Positions 43,254-43,424 of a DNA stretch of 43,424 nucleotides are shown piece by piece. The stretch covers positions 1-43,424 of IMG/VR virus record IMGVR_UViG_3300011335_000213; one strand, written 5' to 3'. Made by a program: the position numbers and the translations under genes. Below the pieces are notes generated by a model that was not told the origin of the DNA, did not search any database, and saw nothing but the letters and a program-made list of their open reading frames with translations. Position 1 is the stretch's first letter, and every line of letters begins with the position of its first letter. Origin of the DNA: a virus. Its lineage: Duplodnaviria; Caudoviricetes.

Positions 43254-43424
43254 GTGGATCCTCTTAGCATCCTCTTTGCTGCAAATGCTTGCGTTGCCGC
43301 TATTAAGCAGGGGTGCAAACTCTATAAAGACGCTAAAACGTCTTTCATGGAGATCAAGAAGACTGTCGATGAAGTTGCTTCAGATGTCAAAGCCGTCAGA
43401 GGATTCTGGGCAAAGCTCTTCGGG
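43254..43424 (+). CDS. 3'-truncated hypothetical protein
   Basis: GTG start, MDPLSILFAANACVAAIKQGCKLYK...; open to the window end. Confidence 0.6.
   Translation, partial: MDPLSILFAANACVAAIKQGCKLYKDAKTSFMEIKKTVDEVASDVKAVRGFWAKLFG

Noticed and set aside
1-43424. Stop-codon reassignment or integrase/prophage boundary
   Set aside because: Genes tile densely under the standard code using TAA, TGA and TAG stops. No integrase, att site or host gene was recognised.

Overview
Most of a tailed dsDNA phage genome (Caudoviricetes, probably podovirus-like: large ejection-type proteins are present and no tape measure or sheath is seen). It is cut inside a virion protein gene at the left end and at the start of a probable lysis-region gene at the right end. 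Layout: (1) 1-4255, two large virion/ejection-type genes; (2) 4320-18266, a minus-strand early/replication arm with small ORFs, a family-B DNA polymerase, a tightly coupled nucleotide/DNA-modification operon, SSB, DUF932, Cas4-like nuclease, SNF2 helicase and a Cro-like regulator; (3) 18347-21607, primase-helicase, an iteron-like origin and VRR-NUC; (4) 21677-43424, terminase, portal, GroES, scaffold, major capsid, a structured RNA, tail fibre, three paralogous C-type-lectin-fold (DUF1566-like) genes, a sulfotransferase and an APS-kinase-like gene. The standout is 8256-13123. A close homologue of T4 gp42 dCMP hydroxymethylase is coupled not to a glucosyltransferase but to an SGNH-fold protein, a fold-II PLP enzyme and a divergent amino acid:DNA transferase (aGPT-Pplase-like) protein. 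This is a candidate amino-acid-type hypermodification pathway built on 5-hydroxymethylcytosine. Also notable: a recurrent (F/Y/M)-x-x-G-G motif delimiting modules in virion-region proteins, a repeated promoter plus covarying hairpin element, and a deletion scar of a fourth adhesin paralogue. All product calls come from motif recognition by eye; no searches were run.
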